A program made the translations under genes and the position numbers. Positions 37,834-48,533 of a DNA stretch of 64,000 nucleotides are shown one piece after another. The stretch comes from Candidatus Nomurabacteria bacterium RIFCSPHIGHO2_02_FULL_42_19 (GTDB lineage: Bacteria; Patescibacteriota; Minisyncoccia; Phycocordibacterales; UBA9973), in the NCBI GenBank assembly GCA_001785615.1, contig MFUG01000016.1, forward strand, positions 13,752-77,751. The letters run 5' to 3'. Every line of letters starts with the position of its first letter. The first letter of the stretch is position 1. The notes below the pieces were generated by a model. The model was not told the origin of the DNA, did not search any database, and saw only the letters and a list, made by a program, of their open reading frames with translations.

Positions 37834-38913
37834 TTATCTTAACCTTTCTTTTATCTCCTTCGCAAGATACGGGTTCCACATTGCGCCAGTGGCCGACATC
37901 ACGATATCCGCACCCGCCTCCCGGTACTCAAAAAAATCTTCCGCATTCATAACTCCGCCGACACCGATGATGGTATAGGAGTAGCCAAATTCTTCACGTA
38001 ATTTTTTCAATCTTCTTACCATATCCAGTCCCGCCCATTTGATCGCATGCCCGCAAACCCCGCTGTGCGTACGTCCCGGAAGCGCTTCCCCTCCCTTTTC
38101 GTCCACAATCTCTGAAAAAATAGTGTTAATAGCGGAAATGCCTTGCACTAATGCTCCGACTTCTTTTACAAAATTGCGGAGAAGTTTTTCGTTTTTATAA
38201 AAAGAAACTTTAACAATCAGGGGGGTATCTTTAATCTCGCTTTTGATAGCTTTGACCACCTCCACGCTCCGCGCCACGTCATAACATAGAAGTTCAACTG
38301 TTCCCTCGTTCGGGCAACTAAAATTAACTTCCATCACCTGCACGCCGGTTTCTTTCATCATTCTGGCGGCTCTGACAAAATCATTTATATATTCTTCCAC
38401 GTCCGGCTTTTCTTTTTTTGTTCTTTGAAAAGCGCCGACCAGGATCTGGCCAGGGCGTAAATTTTTTATTACTTTTTTTATATCCTCCTGCCAGAATTCC
38501 GGGTCAAAAGACGGCACCCCGAAAGAATTGGTAATGGAAAGCGGCTCCTTAAAATTATGATTGGCAATTAATTTCTTGTCTTCTTTGCCTAAAGTTAAAC
38601 CAGCCGGCACCTCCACTGCTAAAACATTGGGCCATGGATGGCAAGGATATTTTTTTGTACGTACAGTTTTATAAGTGACGATATCAAAGCCCTTGTCCAA
38701 GGCCGCTTGGGCAAAATTCCCATTAATAAGCGGCCCCGCGGCAATGCCAAAAGGCGAATTTACCTTAAAGCCCAGAAAATCATATCCAAAATCTACCCCA
38801 TAGGTCTTGCCTATGGGGTTAGCTAGGACTTCCCCGTTTGCAAAAGCTCCAAAGGGGCCTTGTTCAAAGTTTTCTTTGTAGGATTTATCGGGATCGTAGA
38901 ATGGGACGAGCAT
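37834..38913 (-). CDS. pyrD: Dihydroorotate dehydrogenase-like flavoprotein
   Basis: PFGIAAGP, YKTV, EVNFSCPN, AINT, IIGVGG; clustered with pyrE/pyrF. Confidence 0.75.
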   Translation of the reverse strand: MLVPFYDPDKSYKENFEQGPFGAFANGEVLANPIGKTYGVDFGYDFLGFKVNSPFGIAAGPLINGNFAQAALDKGFDIVTYKTVRTKKYPCHPWPNVLAVEVPAGLTLGKEDKKLIANHNFKEPLSITNSFGVPSFDPEFWQEDIKKVIKNLRPGQILVGAFQRTKKEKPDVEEYINDFVRAARMMKETGVQVMEVNFSCPNEGTVELLCYDVARSVEVVKAIKSEIKDTPLIVKVSFYKNEKLLRNFVKEVGALVQGISAINTIFSEIVDEKGGEALPGRTHSGVCGHAIKWAGLDMVRRLKKLREEFGYSYTIIGVGGVMNAEDFFEYREAGADIVMSATGAMWNPYLAKEIKERLR

Positions 38914-38950
38914 TTAAGTATTTTAACATAACTCGTCGACTAAGAAAGAG

Positions 38951-41098
38951 TTACTTCCTAGCCGCGATAATAGTCTCCGCGACGTTGTTCGGCACGGTGT
39001 CGTAGCGTAAAAATTCCATTGTGAAAGAGGCGCGGCCCTCGGTCATAGAACGGAGGCCCGTCATGTAGCCGAACATTTCGGAGAGCGGCACGATAGCCCG
39101 CAGAACTTTATTCACGCCGCGGTCTTCCATTCCTTCAATCAATCCGCGCTTGCTCGAGAGATTGCCAGTAACGTCTCCCATGAATTTCTCCGGAGTGACA
39201 ACTTCTACTTTCATCATTGGTTCCAGGATTACCGGGTTTGCTCTTCGGCAAGCATCTTGAACTGCCATGGACGATGCAATTTTGAAAGCCATTTCGTTGG
39301 AGTCAACTTCGTGGTAACTTCCGTCCCAGAGATCCACTGAGACATTGACCATTCTAAATCCAGCCAGAATTCCGCGGTCAAGTCCTTCCTTGAATCCTTT
39401 TTCGCAAGGGGCAATATACTCCTGCGGAATCACTCCTCCTTTAATTGAATTTATAAATTCAAAGCCGGGCGAGCGCTTGGTATTTTTCGGCAAATCCTCC
39501 AATTCTTCTTTGGTCAGGGCTTCCATTGGTTTGACTTTTATTTTCACGTGGCCGTAGTTTCCACGTCCGCCGGATTGTTTGATATATTTTCCTTCGGCTT
39601 CAGCTCTGCCACTGATCGTCTCGCGATAAGCCACTTGCGGCTTGCCGACATTTGCTTCCACCGTAAATTCACGCTTCATGCGATCCACAATAATTTCAAG
39701 GTGTAGTTCTCCCATGCCGGCGATAATCGTCTCCCCTGTTTCCTGATCAGTAGAGACCTTGAAAGTTGGATCTTCCTGCGCTAGGCGGTTGAGCGCCATG
39801 CCCATCTTTTCCTGGTCGGCCTTTGTTTTAGGTTCAATGCGGAGCGAGATAACTGGTTCAGGGAAAACAATGCGGTTTAATTCTATCGGGTTATTTTCGT
39901 CACAAATAGTGTCTGAGGTAATGGTATCTTTCAGCCCTACCGCGGCGGCAATTTCTCCGGCAAAGACCTCTTTCACTTCCTCGCGGTCGTTGGCATGCAT
40001 GCGTAGGATACGCCCGATGCGTTCTTTGTTGCGAGTTCGGGGATTATAAATATAACTGCCGGCCGCTAGAGTGCCGGAGTAAACGCGGAAGAAAATAATT
40101 TGCCCCACGAATGGGTCTGTCGCTACTTTAAAAGCAAGAGCCGCAAATGGCTCCGAGTCCGATGCATGGCGCAACATTGGCTCTTCGGTTTCGGGGTTGA
40201 TACCTTCAATAGGAGGAATATCGGTCGGGGCTGGCAGATAATCCACTACGGCGTCTAGCACCAACTGCACACCTTTATTTTTTAAGGCCGAACCAGCAAA
40301 AACAGGAAAAATTCTATTTTCAATTACGGCTTTACGCAGCGTCGCCTTCAATGTATCAAAATCAGGGACAAGGCCGTCTAGGTATTGTGTCATTAGGGTA
40401 TCGTCTGTCTCCACTATTTTTTCAATAAGTTCGTTGTGATATTTTAGCGCCTCCGCTTTTAAATTCTCCGGAATTTCCGCTTCTCTTACTTGATTGCCCA
40501 TTTCGCCTTCAAAGTAATAGGCTTTCATACGAAGTACATCAATGACTCCTTCAAATTTATCTTCCAAGCCGATAGGAATCTGCATGCGCACCGCATTTTT
40601 ATTTAAGCGATCAAGAATGGTAGCGTATGACTTCTCAAAAGAAGCCCCGGTGCGATCTAATTTGTTAATGAAACAAACGCGAGGAACTTTCGCTTCATCG
40701 GCGTAGCGCCAATTTGTCTCGGACTGTGGTTCCACTCCAGCCACCCCGTCGAAGACCACTACTGCGCCGTCTAAAACGCGGAGTGACCTTTTCACCTCTA
40801 CGGTAAAGTCAATGTGCCCGGGAGTGTCAATAATATTAAAACGATGCTTCTTGGTCTTGTCAGTTAGTGCGTAAGTTGGCGTCCAGAAACAAGTCACCGC
40901 CGCCGAAGTAATGGTAATGCCGCGCTCGCGCTCTTGTTCCATCCAGTCCGTGACAGTATCGCCTTCATGCACCTCGCCGATTTTGTGTGAAACGCCAGTA
41001 TAAAAAAGCACGCGCTCGGTCGTGGTCGTCTTGCCCGCATCAATATGCGCGATAATTCCAAAATTTCTAACTTTTTCTAGCGGATAATCCCGTTGCAT
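38951..41098 (-). CDS. fusA: Elongation factor G
   Basis: [23 protein letters not shown]. Confidence 0.99.
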   Translation of the reverse strand: MQRDYPLEKVRNFGIIAHIDAGKTTTTERVLFYTGVSHKIGEVHEGDTVTDWMEQERERGITITSAAVTCFWTPTYALTDKTKKHRFNIIDTPGHIDFTVEVKRSLRVLDGAVVVFDGVAGVEPQSETNWRYADEAKVPRVCFINKLDRTGASFEKSYATILDRLNKNAVRMQIPIGLEDKFEGVIDVLRMKAYYFEGEMGNQVREAEIPENLKAEALKYHNELIEKIVETDDTLMTQYLDGLVPDFDTLKATLRKAVIENRIFPVFAGSALKNKGVQLVLDAVVDYLPAPTDIPPIEGINPETEEPMLRHASDSEPFAALAFKVATDPFVGQIIFFRVYSGTLAAGSYIYNPRTRNKERIGRILRMHANDREEVKEVFAGEIAAAVGLKDTITSDTICDENNPIELNRIVFPEPVISLRIEPKTKADQEKMGMALNRLAQEDPTFKVSTDQETGETIIAGMGELHLEIIVDRMKREFTVEANVGKPQVAYRETISGRAEAEGKYIKQSGGRGNYGHVKIKVKPMEALTKEELEDLPKNTKRSPGFEFINSIKGGVIPQEYIAPCEKGFKEGLDRGILAGFRMVNVSVDLWDGSYHEVDSNEMAFKIASSMAVQDACRRANPVILEPMMKVEVVTPEKFMGDVTGNLSSKRGLIEGMEDRGVNKVLRAIVPLSEMFGYMTGLRSMTEGRASFTMEFLRYDTVPNNVAETIIAARK

Positions 41099-41207
41099 AT
41101 AAACAAAAAGCGCTCATTGCGCTAGGAATAATATATACCAAATATCTTTTCATTGCAAACGGCTTGCTTGCGTGTTAAAAAGATAACTGAATAAAATTTT
41201 TCATCTA

Positions 41208-41241
41208 ACTACATATATGCGCGATAGCGTAAATATGTAGT
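41208..41241. repeat. Imperfect palindrome; second copy at about 41651-41680
   Basis: ACTACATAT-ATGCGC-GATA-GCGTAA-ATATGTAGT; CGCGATAGCGTAAATATGTA identical at 41220 and 41660. Confidence 0.8.
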
Positions 41242-41250
41242 TTAAGATAT

Positions 41251-41628
41251 TTAGATTATACTCTCCTTCCCTGTATAAGTTTTAGCTAATTTAAATGTTT
41301 TAAGTTGCCCCTTCAGCCCAATTTCTCTTAGATACTCTACAAATTCTTTCGGTAGCGGTGATGGTCCAACCCACACGCTTCGCTGTATCATAATGTAATC
41401 AAACTTTTTTAACTGCCTGCGAAACCAATCCCGCTCTTTTTTTCTGACATCTACGATGTCGTACATGACAATCAAGTTCTTGGGCGAATTTTTATGAAAG
41501 GGGGAAGAAAATGCTATGTGATAAAATTTTCTTTTCCGATTATTTTTCTTCACTCGACTTTTATCGGTCCAGACCGGAAGCCCAAGGGCGTTGATTCTTA
41601 TTCCTTTGTAGTAAAACTTTTTAGTCAT
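41251..41628 (-). CDS. Stand-alone Cas2-like/PaaX central-domain protein
   Basis: LIVMYDI...KERDWFRRQLKKFDYIMIQRSVWV. Confidence 0.75.
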   Translation of the reverse strand: MTKKFYYKGIRINALGLPVWTDKSRVKKNNRKRKFYHIAFSSPFHKNSPKNLIVMYDIVDVRKKERDWFRRQLKKFDYIMIQRSVWVGPSPLPKEFVEYLREIGLKGQLKTFKLAKTYTGKESII

Positions 41629-41708
41629 TAATGTAATTATACCCCAAAATACACATATACGCGATAGCGTAAATATGTAAGTGGAATTTTATTATATAGA
41701 GAAGCAGG

Positions 41709-42179
41709 CTACCAAGCGAAATGAGCAAAGGCCTTGTTGGCTTCGGCCATTTTGTGCGTATCTTCTTTTTTCTTTATCGCGGAACCCTCGTTTTTAGAAG
41801 CAGCGATTAATTCATCCGCTAACTTCAGGTGCATCGGACGCCCTTTGCCACTGCGAGCCGCGTCACGAATCCAGCGCATGGCGAGCGCGATTCGTCTCTC
41901 CGGGCGGACTTCTCTCGGCACTTGGTAGTTGGCGCCACCGATACGCTTGGAGCGGACTTCCGTGGAAGGACCGGCATTTCGCAGGGCCAAATCAAAAACC
42001 TCCAACGGATTCGGGTTGCCGGTTTTTTCTTTTATAATATCAAAAGTTGCATACATCATTTTGCGGGCTGTTTCCTTTTTCCCGGACCACATGATGTAGT
42101 TAATAAATTTCTCTAATTTTTGAGAATTATAGATAAAGTCCGGCTGTACGATATTTCTATTTTTTATTTTACGTCGCAT
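41709..42179 (-). CDS. rpsG: 30S ribosomal protein uS7
   Basis: RIGGANYQVP, HKMAEANKAFAHF. Confidence 0.98.
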   Translation of the reverse strand: MRRKIKNRNIVQPDFIYNSQKLEKFINYIMWSGKKETARKMMYATFDIIKEKTGNPNPLEVFDLALRNAGPSTEVRSKRIGGANYQVPREVRPERRIALAMRWIRDAARSGKGRPMHLKLADELIAASKNEGSAIKKKEDTHKMAEANKAFAHFAW

Positions 42180-42188
42180 GAAAATTTA

Positions 42189-42653
42189 TTAACCACTTGC
42201 TTTTACGTTATCACTTACTTTTACTGCTCTAGATTTCTTATCTTGTTTTGGTTTTTTATTCCCGTATAAAGATCTTCCTTGGCGCCTCTTCTCCACGCCC
42301 TGGGTATCGAGCACCCCGCGTACAATATGGTATCTCACTCCGATTAAGTCCTTCACGCGGCCGCCGCGGAGTAGCACCACTGAGTGTTCCTGTAGATTGT
42401 GCCCTTCTCCGGGGATGTAAGCGGTGACCTCCATGCCGTTGGTGAGACGCACTCTGGCAATTTTGCGAAGCGCGGAGTTCGGTTTTTTGGGAGTAGTAGT
42501 GGAGACCTTGGTGCAGACACCGCGCTTGAAAGGGCTAGAGAAAAAAACCGGCCTATTTTTAAGAACATTGAACCCCCTGGTGAGGGCGACTGTCTTGTCT
42601 TTAGGTTGGGATTTTACCCTGCTTTTTTTAATTAATTGATTGATTGTTGGCAT
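42189..42653 (-). CDS. rpsL: 30S ribosomal protein uS12
   Basis: Start MPTINQL; [17 protein letters not shown]. Confidence 0.98.
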   Translation of the reverse strand: MPTINQLIKKSRVKSQPKDKTVALTRGFNVLKNRPVFFSSPFKRGVCTKVSTTTPKKPNSALRKIARVRLTNGMEVTAYIPGEGHNLQEHSVVLLRGGRVKDLIGVRYHIVRGVLDTQGVEKRRQGRSLYGNKKPKQDKKSRAVKVSDNVKASG

Positions 42654-42778
42654 GAAATTTGACCACTTTAGAAAACAAAAGAGTCCGCCACCGCCTAGGC
42701 GGGGTCCCGAAGAAAGCGGGAAAGACTCGACCCGTAATTTACTACAAATAGCTAAAAATTGCAAATAGTCGAGAGCTG

Positions 42779-43399
42779 TTAGAGCGGCAAGCCAACCAGG
42801 AGATTGTACAAGAAAGACAATATTGGGTATAGGTAATTAGCAAAGTAAACAATAAATATAATAAGCAGGATAAAGGAGTAACGCTCTAATACTAAAACGC
42901 CGGGATCAAAAGACCGTGGGAAAAAGGAAAAAAGTATCTTGGAACCATCGAGCGGTGGAATAGGGACGAGATTAAATATGGCCAAGACCAAATTCGTTAC
43001 CACAATGGTGGAGGTTATGAAATAAAATGAATCCGGGAAGTTGAACCCTAAAGAAAAACGTATGAGTAGGCCAAAGATAATTGCGATAAAAAAATTCGCC
43101 AAGACCCCGGCAGTAGCTACCCAGATAGTGCCCCATTTTCTATTACTTAAATTTTCCGGATTGTACGGGACTGGTTTCGCCCAGCCAAACAGAAATGAGG
43201 AATGCGATAGAACTAAAAGCGTCGGTAAAATAATAGAACCGAAAAGATCTAGGTGTTTCAGCGGGTTTAAGGTGAGGCGCCCAGCATGGCGGGCGGTTTT
43301 ATCACCAAAATATTCCGCCATAAAACCGTGCGAAATTTCGTGAATCACGACGGACATTACCAGTATAGCTACATAAAAAACTACATCGATGCCTTGCAT
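42779..43399 (-). CDS. Site-2 protease (M50) family protein
   Basis: [26 protein letters not shown]. Confidence 0.93.
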   Translation of the reverse strand: MQGIDVVFYVAILVMSVVIHEISHGFMAEYFGDKTARHAGRLTLNPLKHLDLFGSIILPTLLVLSHSSFLFGWAKPVPYNPENLSNRKWGTIWVATAGVLANFFIAIIFGLLIRFSLGFNFPDSFYFITSTIVVTNLVLAIFNLVPIPPLDGSKILFSFFPRSFDPGVLVLERYSFILLIIFIVYFANYLYPILSFLYNLLVGLPL

Positions 43400-43431
43400 A
43401 ATCAATATTTTAATGATAGCATGAAAAAACT

Positions 43432-43680
43432 ATGCCGAAAACATGCGTGATAACAAAAAAGGGTTCATTCGTCGGAGGCGGATATTCTAACCGAACTCGT
43501 GCCACCCAGTTCAACCCTACCGGTAAGAAGCGAAAATTTCTAAATCTTCAAAAGAAGAAGGTTTTTATTCCTGAATTAAATAAATCTATAAATATAGAAG
43601 TGTCCGCTCGCGGCCTGCGTACTATGAAGAAGAACGGCGTTTACGCCACCCTCCTTAAGGCCGGTTTGATAAAGGCCTAA
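43432..43680 (+). CDS. rpmB: 50S ribosomal protein bL28
   Basis: CVITKK, KRKFLNLQKK, VSARGLRT. Confidence 0.85.
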   Translation: MPKTCVITKKGSFVGGGYSNRTRATQFNPTGKKRKFLNLQKKKVFIPELNKSINIEVSARGLRTMKKNGVYATLLKAGLIKA

Positions 43681-44909
43681 GCGGGCACAAAAGTAAGCGC
43701 TGTTCCTTTTTTGCCAGAGCGGCCAGTTCGGCCGATGCGATGCACGTAAGTATCGTAGGTCTGCGGCACGTCGTAGTTGATGACGTGGGTTACATCCGGG
43801 ATGTCCAGTCCGCGAGCGGCCACATCTGTCGCGATCAAGATATTTATGCGATCTTTTTTAAATGAGTCCAGTATGCGGATACGTTCCCGGCTTCTTTTAT
43901 CACCATGTATGCCGCCAACTTTAAATCCGGCTTGCGCTAACTCTTTCGCCAGAGAGTCCACGCTGTGCTTCATCTCGCGGAAAATTAAAACTTTGTCCGA
44001 GCCGTCTTCTTTCAGAACTTCATGTAGTTTGGTTAGTTTTTCTTCTTTACTTCTTACTCTTATAACGTTTTGGTCAATATTCTTTAACGTCTCACCAGTA
44101 ATGACAGAAATAAAAACGGGCTCTTTAAGATATTGTTCAGTTAATTTCTTAATGTCCGGGGAAAGTGTCGCGGAAAAGAAAAGGGTTTGCCGCGCCTGTG
44201 GGGTTTTACCGATTATGTAAACCATATCGTCGCGAAATCCCATATCAAGCATTCGGTCTGCTTCGTCCAGCACTACAGAGTAGCAAGTTGAAAGATCTAA
44301 AACTTTTCTATCTAAGAGGTCGCGCAGTCGCCCCGGAGTACCGACGATAAAGGATACTCCCATTTTTATTTCTCTAATTTGTTTCATTATGGGTAGACCT
44401 CCTACACAAGCCACCGAAAACATCCCGAAGCCGAAAGCGAGATTCTTAAAATCCGATTCTATCTGAAGCGCCAGCTCGCGAGTCGGCGCCATTATCAAAA
44501 CGGTTTCTCTTTTGTTCTGCCCTTTGGTCTTAGAAATTTTTTCAATTAAAGGTAGAAGAAAAGCTGCGGTCTTACCCGTGCCGGTATTGGCCATGCCGAA
44601 AACATCCTTCCCTTTTAGGACAGCGGGTATCGCCTGATCTTGAATTGGTCGCGGATGCATAAACCCGGCGTGAGTTATATTTTTATGTAGTTGCGCAGGA
44701 AAAGGAAAATCGGCAAAACTATGCTTGGAAACATATGGCTTTTCCTCTACATACTGATTTCTCTTAACGAAACGAGAAAAATCGATCCTTTCTCCTCTGG
44801 ATCTGGTATTATTCTTTTTTTGGCTGAAATATTTTTTGGGCGGTCTTCCTCGGAAAGAAGGCGCGCGACGCCCGAATTTACTCGGGCTGCCCGAATGACG
44901 TGTATACAT
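43677..44909 (-). CDS. DEAD-box RNA helicase
   Basis: TGTGKT, PTRELA, DEAD, SAT, ARGLD, HRIGRTGR. Confidence 0.96.
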   Translation of the reverse strand: MYTRHSGSPSKFGRRAPSFRGRPPKKYFSQKKNNTRSRGERIDFSRFVKRNQYVEEKPYVSKHSFADFPFPAQLHKNITHAGFMHPRPIQDQAIPAVLKGKDVFGMANTGTGKTAAFLLPLIEKISKTKGQNKRETVLIMAPTRELALQIESDFKNLAFGFGMFSVACVGGLPIMKQIREIKMGVSFIVGTPGRLRDLLDRKVLDLSTCYSVVLDEADRMLDMGFRDDMVYIIGKTPQARQTLFFSATLSPDIKKLTEQYLKEPVFISVITGETLKNIDQNVIRVRSKEEKLTKLHEVLKEDGSDKVLIFREMKHSVDSLAKELAQAGFKVGGIHGDKRSRERIRILDSFKKDRINILIATDVAARGLDIPDVTHVINYDVPQTYDTYVHRIGRTGRSGKKGTALTFVPA

Positions 44910-45030
44910 AATGGGTCATCCCCAAAATGCAAGAGAAATGCAAGCGATGAGAATGATATAGAAAGTATAGCATTTTCATAAAAATTTGTCAACGTTTCAT
45001 TAATATATGAACCCAAGCTATAATACAGAT

Positions 45031-45879
45031 ATGAAGATTTATATAGATGCCGTTAAGAAAATAATGGAAGAAGGGAATGATAGAGAAGGCCGATATGGAC
45101 CGACCAGAGCAATGTTTGCCGTACCTTTGCGTTTCAAAATGAAAGACGGCTTCCCGGCCATGACCACGAAAAAATTAGCATTCAGAAGTGTCGCCGCAGA
45201 ATTATTGTGGTTCATTTCTGGTTCCAGAGACAACAGAGAATTAAATAGATTGGGGTGTCATATCTGGGATGCAAACAGCAATGCAAATTATTGGAAACCA
45301 AAAGCAAAATATGAGGGAGACCTAGGGAGAATTTATGGAGTCCAGTGGCGTCATTGGGAAAAACCAGACGGAACGGAAGTAGATCAACTAAAAGAAATAA
45401 TAGAGAGAATAAAATCGAACCCTTATGACAGACGTTTGATTGTAACTGCCTGGAACCCGGGAGACCTTGACCAAATGGCCTTACCACCCTGTCATATGAT
45501 TTTTCAATTTTTTGTCTCCGATGGAAAACTTTCAATGTATATGTTTCAAAGAAGTGCGGATATGTTTTTAGGGGTACCTTTCAATATTGCTTCGTACGCA
45601 TTATTACTTCACATTGTCGCACAACTAACAAATTTAGAAGCAGATGAACTTATAATGACCCTGGGTGATGCTCACGTAGTACATAATCATTTTAATGCAG
45701 TCAAAGAACAGTTAGCACGAGAACCCCTTCCTCTTTGCAAGCTCTGGCTCAGCCCAGATATTAAGAGTTTGGATGATTTAAATACCTCTCAATTTAAAGA
45801 ACCAGATGATATATTTAAAATTTTAAAGTTAGAAGATTATCAATTCCACCCTGCCATTAAAGCTCCTATGGGAGTATAG
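45031..45879 (+). CDS. thyA: Thymidylate synthase
   Basis: ELLWFISG, IYGVQWR, ALPPCH, QRSADMFLGVPFNIASY; start MKIYID after TATAAT. Confidence 0.97.
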   Translation: MKIYIDAVKKIMEEGNDREGRYGPTRAMFAVPLRFKMKDGFPAMTTKKLAFRSVAAELLWFISGSRDNRELNRLGCHIWDANSNANYWKPKAKYEGDLGRIYGVQWRHWEKPDGTEVDQLKEIIERIKSNPYDRRLIVTAWNPGDLDQMALPPCHMIFQFFVSDGKLSMYMFQRSADMFLGVPFNIASYALLLHIVAQLTNLEADELIMTLGDAHVVHNHFNAVKEQLAREPLPLCKLWLSPDIKSLDDLNTSQFKEPDDIFKILKLEDYQFHPAIKAPMGV

Positions 45880-45881
45880 AC

Positions 45882-46370
45882 ATGATTTCACTTATTGCCG
45901 CAATTGGTAAAAATAATGAGATAGGAAAGAAAAATTGGCTTCTATGGGAAATGCCTGCGGATATGAAGCATTTCCGTGAAACAACTCGCGGCCACACGGT
46001 CATCATGGGACAGAAAACATTCGAATCTATCGGGAAACCACTGCCGAATCGCAGAAACATCGTGGTAACTAAAGACGATGCTTTCAATGCTTCAGGCGTT
46101 GAGATTTCTAAGGACTTAGAAAAAACATTAAGTGATTTTAAAGAAAATTTTGAAGAAGTTTTCGTAATCGGTGGAGCTATAGTTTACAGTCAGGCAATAA
46201 AAGTAGCAGACAAATTGTATATAACGCATGTGGATGGCAAATTTCCTGACGCAGATACGTTCTTCCCGGAAATTATTCCAGTCGTCTGGAACGAGGTGAA
46301 GCGTGAAGAACACAAAAAGGATACGGATAATGCTTTTAACTATACTTTTTCTATTTACGAAAGAAAATAA
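45882..46370 (+). CDS. folA: Dihydrofolate reductase
   Basis: ISLIAA, DMKHF, IMGQKTFESIGKPLPNR, IGG, DTFFP. Confidence 0.96.
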   Translation: MISLIAAIGKNNEIGKKNWLLWEMPADMKHFRETTRGHTVIMGQKTFESIGKPLPNRRNIVVTKDDAFNASGVEISKDLEKTLSDFKENFEEVFVIGGAIVYSQAIKVADKLYITHVDGKFPDADTFFPEIIPVVWNEVKREEHKKDTDNAFNYTFSIYERK

Positions 46371-46404
46371 TCTTACTATTCTGACGGCCGTTAGTATGGT
46401 AAGA

Positions 46405-46731
46405 TTAAGGGTCTTCTGGGGTTTTGACCCGGATAAAAACGTCCTTATCGTCAGGTGATTTTTCTTTTTTATACTTTCGGTTTTTGTTGACTTCGATTTT
46501 GCGCACTAACTCTTTTTCTAAATCAAAACCCATCTTCTCGCACATACCTAAAATAAATATTGTGACATCGGCAAATTCTTCCGCCACGCCGTTCTGTCCT
46601 TTATTATATTTAGAAAATGCTTCAGAGAGTTCTTCGTGCGCACGACAAAATTCTGTGGCCGTATCGGTGTCAAAACCTTTTTCCGCTTTATTCTGTATCA
46701 CTTCTTTTTGTAACTTTTTTAGATCAACCAT
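46405..46731 (-). CDS. MazG-like nucleotide pyrophosphohydrolase
   Basis: EELSE...EEFADV motif. Confidence 0.8.
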   Translation of the reverse strand: MVDLKKLQKEVIQNKAEKGFDTDTATEFCRAHEELSEAFSKYNKGQNGVAEEFADVTIFILGMCEKMGFDLEKELVRKIEVNKNRKYKKEKSPDDKDVFIRVKTPEDP

Positions 46732-46805
46732 CCCAGTAGTAAAATTTTATTAATAATCTTCACCATTATACCCCGTAATCAAAAATTTACTACGGGACAG
46801 GTATA

Positions 46806-47300
46806 TTATTGCTTAGAATACTTTTCGACTTTTTTATTTAAAATTTCTAATTTAACTCCAGCCCGTTTCAACATTTCTTTACTCCTCGCCGACGCATGGT
46901 AATCCATTTCAGCCACCACTCTTTTTATACCGGCAGTAATGGCAAGCTTGGCACACACGTGGCATAGAACCATTTTACAATATATCGTAGCCCCTTCGAG
47001 TGGTACTCCAAAACGGGCGGCTTGAATCATCGCATTCTGTTCCGCATGAATTGTTCGTATACAATGTTCAGATTTGGTGCCGTCTTCATTGATCACCATA
47101 TGCATATCATGCCCAACTTCATCGCAATGCGGAAGCCCCGGTGGAGAACCTACATAGCCAGTAGAAATTACTCTTTTTTCCCGAACAATCACACATCCAC
47201 TCCTCCCCCTATCGCAGGTAGCGCGAGTACCCACATAATTTGCCATACCGATAAAATATTCATCCCAGGAAGGTCTTTGATATTTAGAATTTTTTTTCAC
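46806..47300 (-). CDS. dCMP deaminase
   Basis: RPSWDEYF, RATC, HAEQNA, CHVC. Confidence 0.9.
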   Translation of the reverse strand: MKKNSKYQRPSWDEYFIGMANYVGTRATCDRGRSGCVIVREKRVISTGYVGSPPGLPHCDEVGHDMHMVINEDGTKSEHCIRTIHAEQNAMIQAARFGVPLEGATIYCKMVLCHVCAKLAITAGIKRVVAEMDYHASARSKEMLKRAGVKLEILNKKVEKYSKQ

Positions 47301-48001
47301 TTCTTTAATATACTCCCAAAAAGCGGTAGATACAAGTCATTTTTCGGACTAATTTTTAGTTCTTTTTTGTTTATTTTTTCGGTAAATACAACGGGAGCAT
47401 TTGTTATTACGGCAAGTGGCTGCTGTTCTTTCCCCTCTCCCATGCAAACGACGGCAGCCGTGGCCAGACTGTCTGCCACATCTGTTTTTGACATCTTTAG
47501 GATTCTGCCAAAGATATCTTTTCCCCCTACATAGTTGCGTACCCCCTGAAACCCAGCATAACCTAGCGCCACCCCGACAATTCCAGCTCGTAGCGGAAAA
47601 ATTCTACTATCGGTAATGAGTACGCCAAGGTTTTTAATTTTAAATATTTTTCTAAGTTTTTTTCTAATTAATTCTGCTGAAATAAAGCTATCTTTTGGTA
47701 AAAGTATCAGCTTGCCTTTCGCATTAGACTCATCAATGCCAGCGGAAGACATTACCATACCATCTTTGATGGTGAGCCAAGTTTGTTTTGTTTTGATTGC
47801 GTAGCTACTTTCTTTTTTTATAAGAGCGGCTTTTTGTTCCTTATTTTTATAATCTATTGTTCTGCCTTCGGAAAGAGCGACAATTTTTGAAGTAATAACT
47901 AGGACAGACTTCTCTCTCATTTTTTTGACATATTTTAAGACAAAAGAAAACAGATCTTCATTCTCGCGGAATATTCTAGTTTTGATCGCTTTAATTTGCA
48001 T
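47297..48001 (-). CDS. CofE-like gamma-glutamyl ligase (putative FolC2-type folylpolyglutamate synthase)
   Basis: VITSKIVALSEGR, SAGIDESN, ITDS, PLRAG, D.FGR, MGEGKEQQP. Confidence 0.85.
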   Translation of the reverse strand: MQIKAIKTRIFRENEDLFSFVLKYVKKMREKSVLVITSKIVALSEGRTIDYKNKEQKAALIKKESSYAIKTKQTWLTIKDGMVMSSAGIDESNAKGKLILLPKDSFISAELIRKKLRKIFKIKNLGVLITDSRIFPLRAGIVGVALGYAGFQGVRNYVGGKDIFGRILKMSKTDVADSLATAAVVCMGEGKEQQPLAVITNAPVVFTEKINKKELKISPKNDLYLPLFGSILKK

Positions 48002-48533
48002 ATTGATAATGGAGAAGTAGAGTACCTTTTTTATTTAACCTCTTTACTGATTTTAAACAAAATTTATATTTTTTAAATTTATCGCCAGCAAACATCGGAA
48101 CACCAGTCGTAAAAACATATGGCTCAATTGTGACAAAAAGCTCGTGCAATATTTTATTTTTGAGAAAAAAATTATAGACTTTTGGTCCGCCCAAAATAGC
48201 TAGCTTTTTGTAATTTTGGTTTTTGATAAATTTTATAAAATCGGATTTTCGAGGATTAAAAAAAACCACAGAGCCCGACAACCGTGGCTTGTTCACTTTT
48301 GAGGTGAATACTATCGTGTTTCTTTTTTTGAGCCGTGTTTCCGCCATCCTGTAGGTATTGTGCCCCGTCACCACAGCATCAAATTTTCCGAGAGATTTTT
48401 GAAAAAAGTTCCGGTCTTCCTTGCTAGTCCAGTGCATCTTGGATCGATTGCTTTCAGATATGCGCCCGTCAATACTTCCCGCGACATAAGCAACACAGAA
48501 AACTTTAGGCGGCGACTTATGTTTTCGGTTCAT
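47991..48533 (-). CDS. DHFR/RibD C-terminal-like reductase
   Basis: SIDGRI, WTSKED..FF, G..TY, LGG, ELFVTIEP..G. Confidence 0.82.
   Translation of the reverse strand: MNRKHKSPPKVFCVAYVAGSIDGRISESNRSKMHWTSKEDRNFFQKSLGKFDAVVTGHNTYRMAETRLKKRNTIVFTSKVNKPRLSGSVVFFNPRKSDFIKFIKNQNYKKLAILGGPKVYNFFLKNKILHELFVTIEPYVFTTGVPMFAGDKFKKYKFCLKSVKRLNKKGTLLLHYQYAN

Noticed and set aside
21209-41680. CRISPR-Cas system suggested by Cas2-like genes and palindromic repeats
   Set aside because: Repeats occur only as pairs around genes; no repeat-spacer array and no cas1 or effector genes in the window
37166-46394. Shared GACGGCCGT palindrome near pyrF and after folA as a nucleotide regulon site
   Set aside because: Too short; the second copy lies between convergent genes, not in a promoter
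47297-48001. Coenzyme F420 biosynthesis
   Set aside because: No cofC, cofD, cofG or cofH nearby; context is folate and thymidylate metabolism
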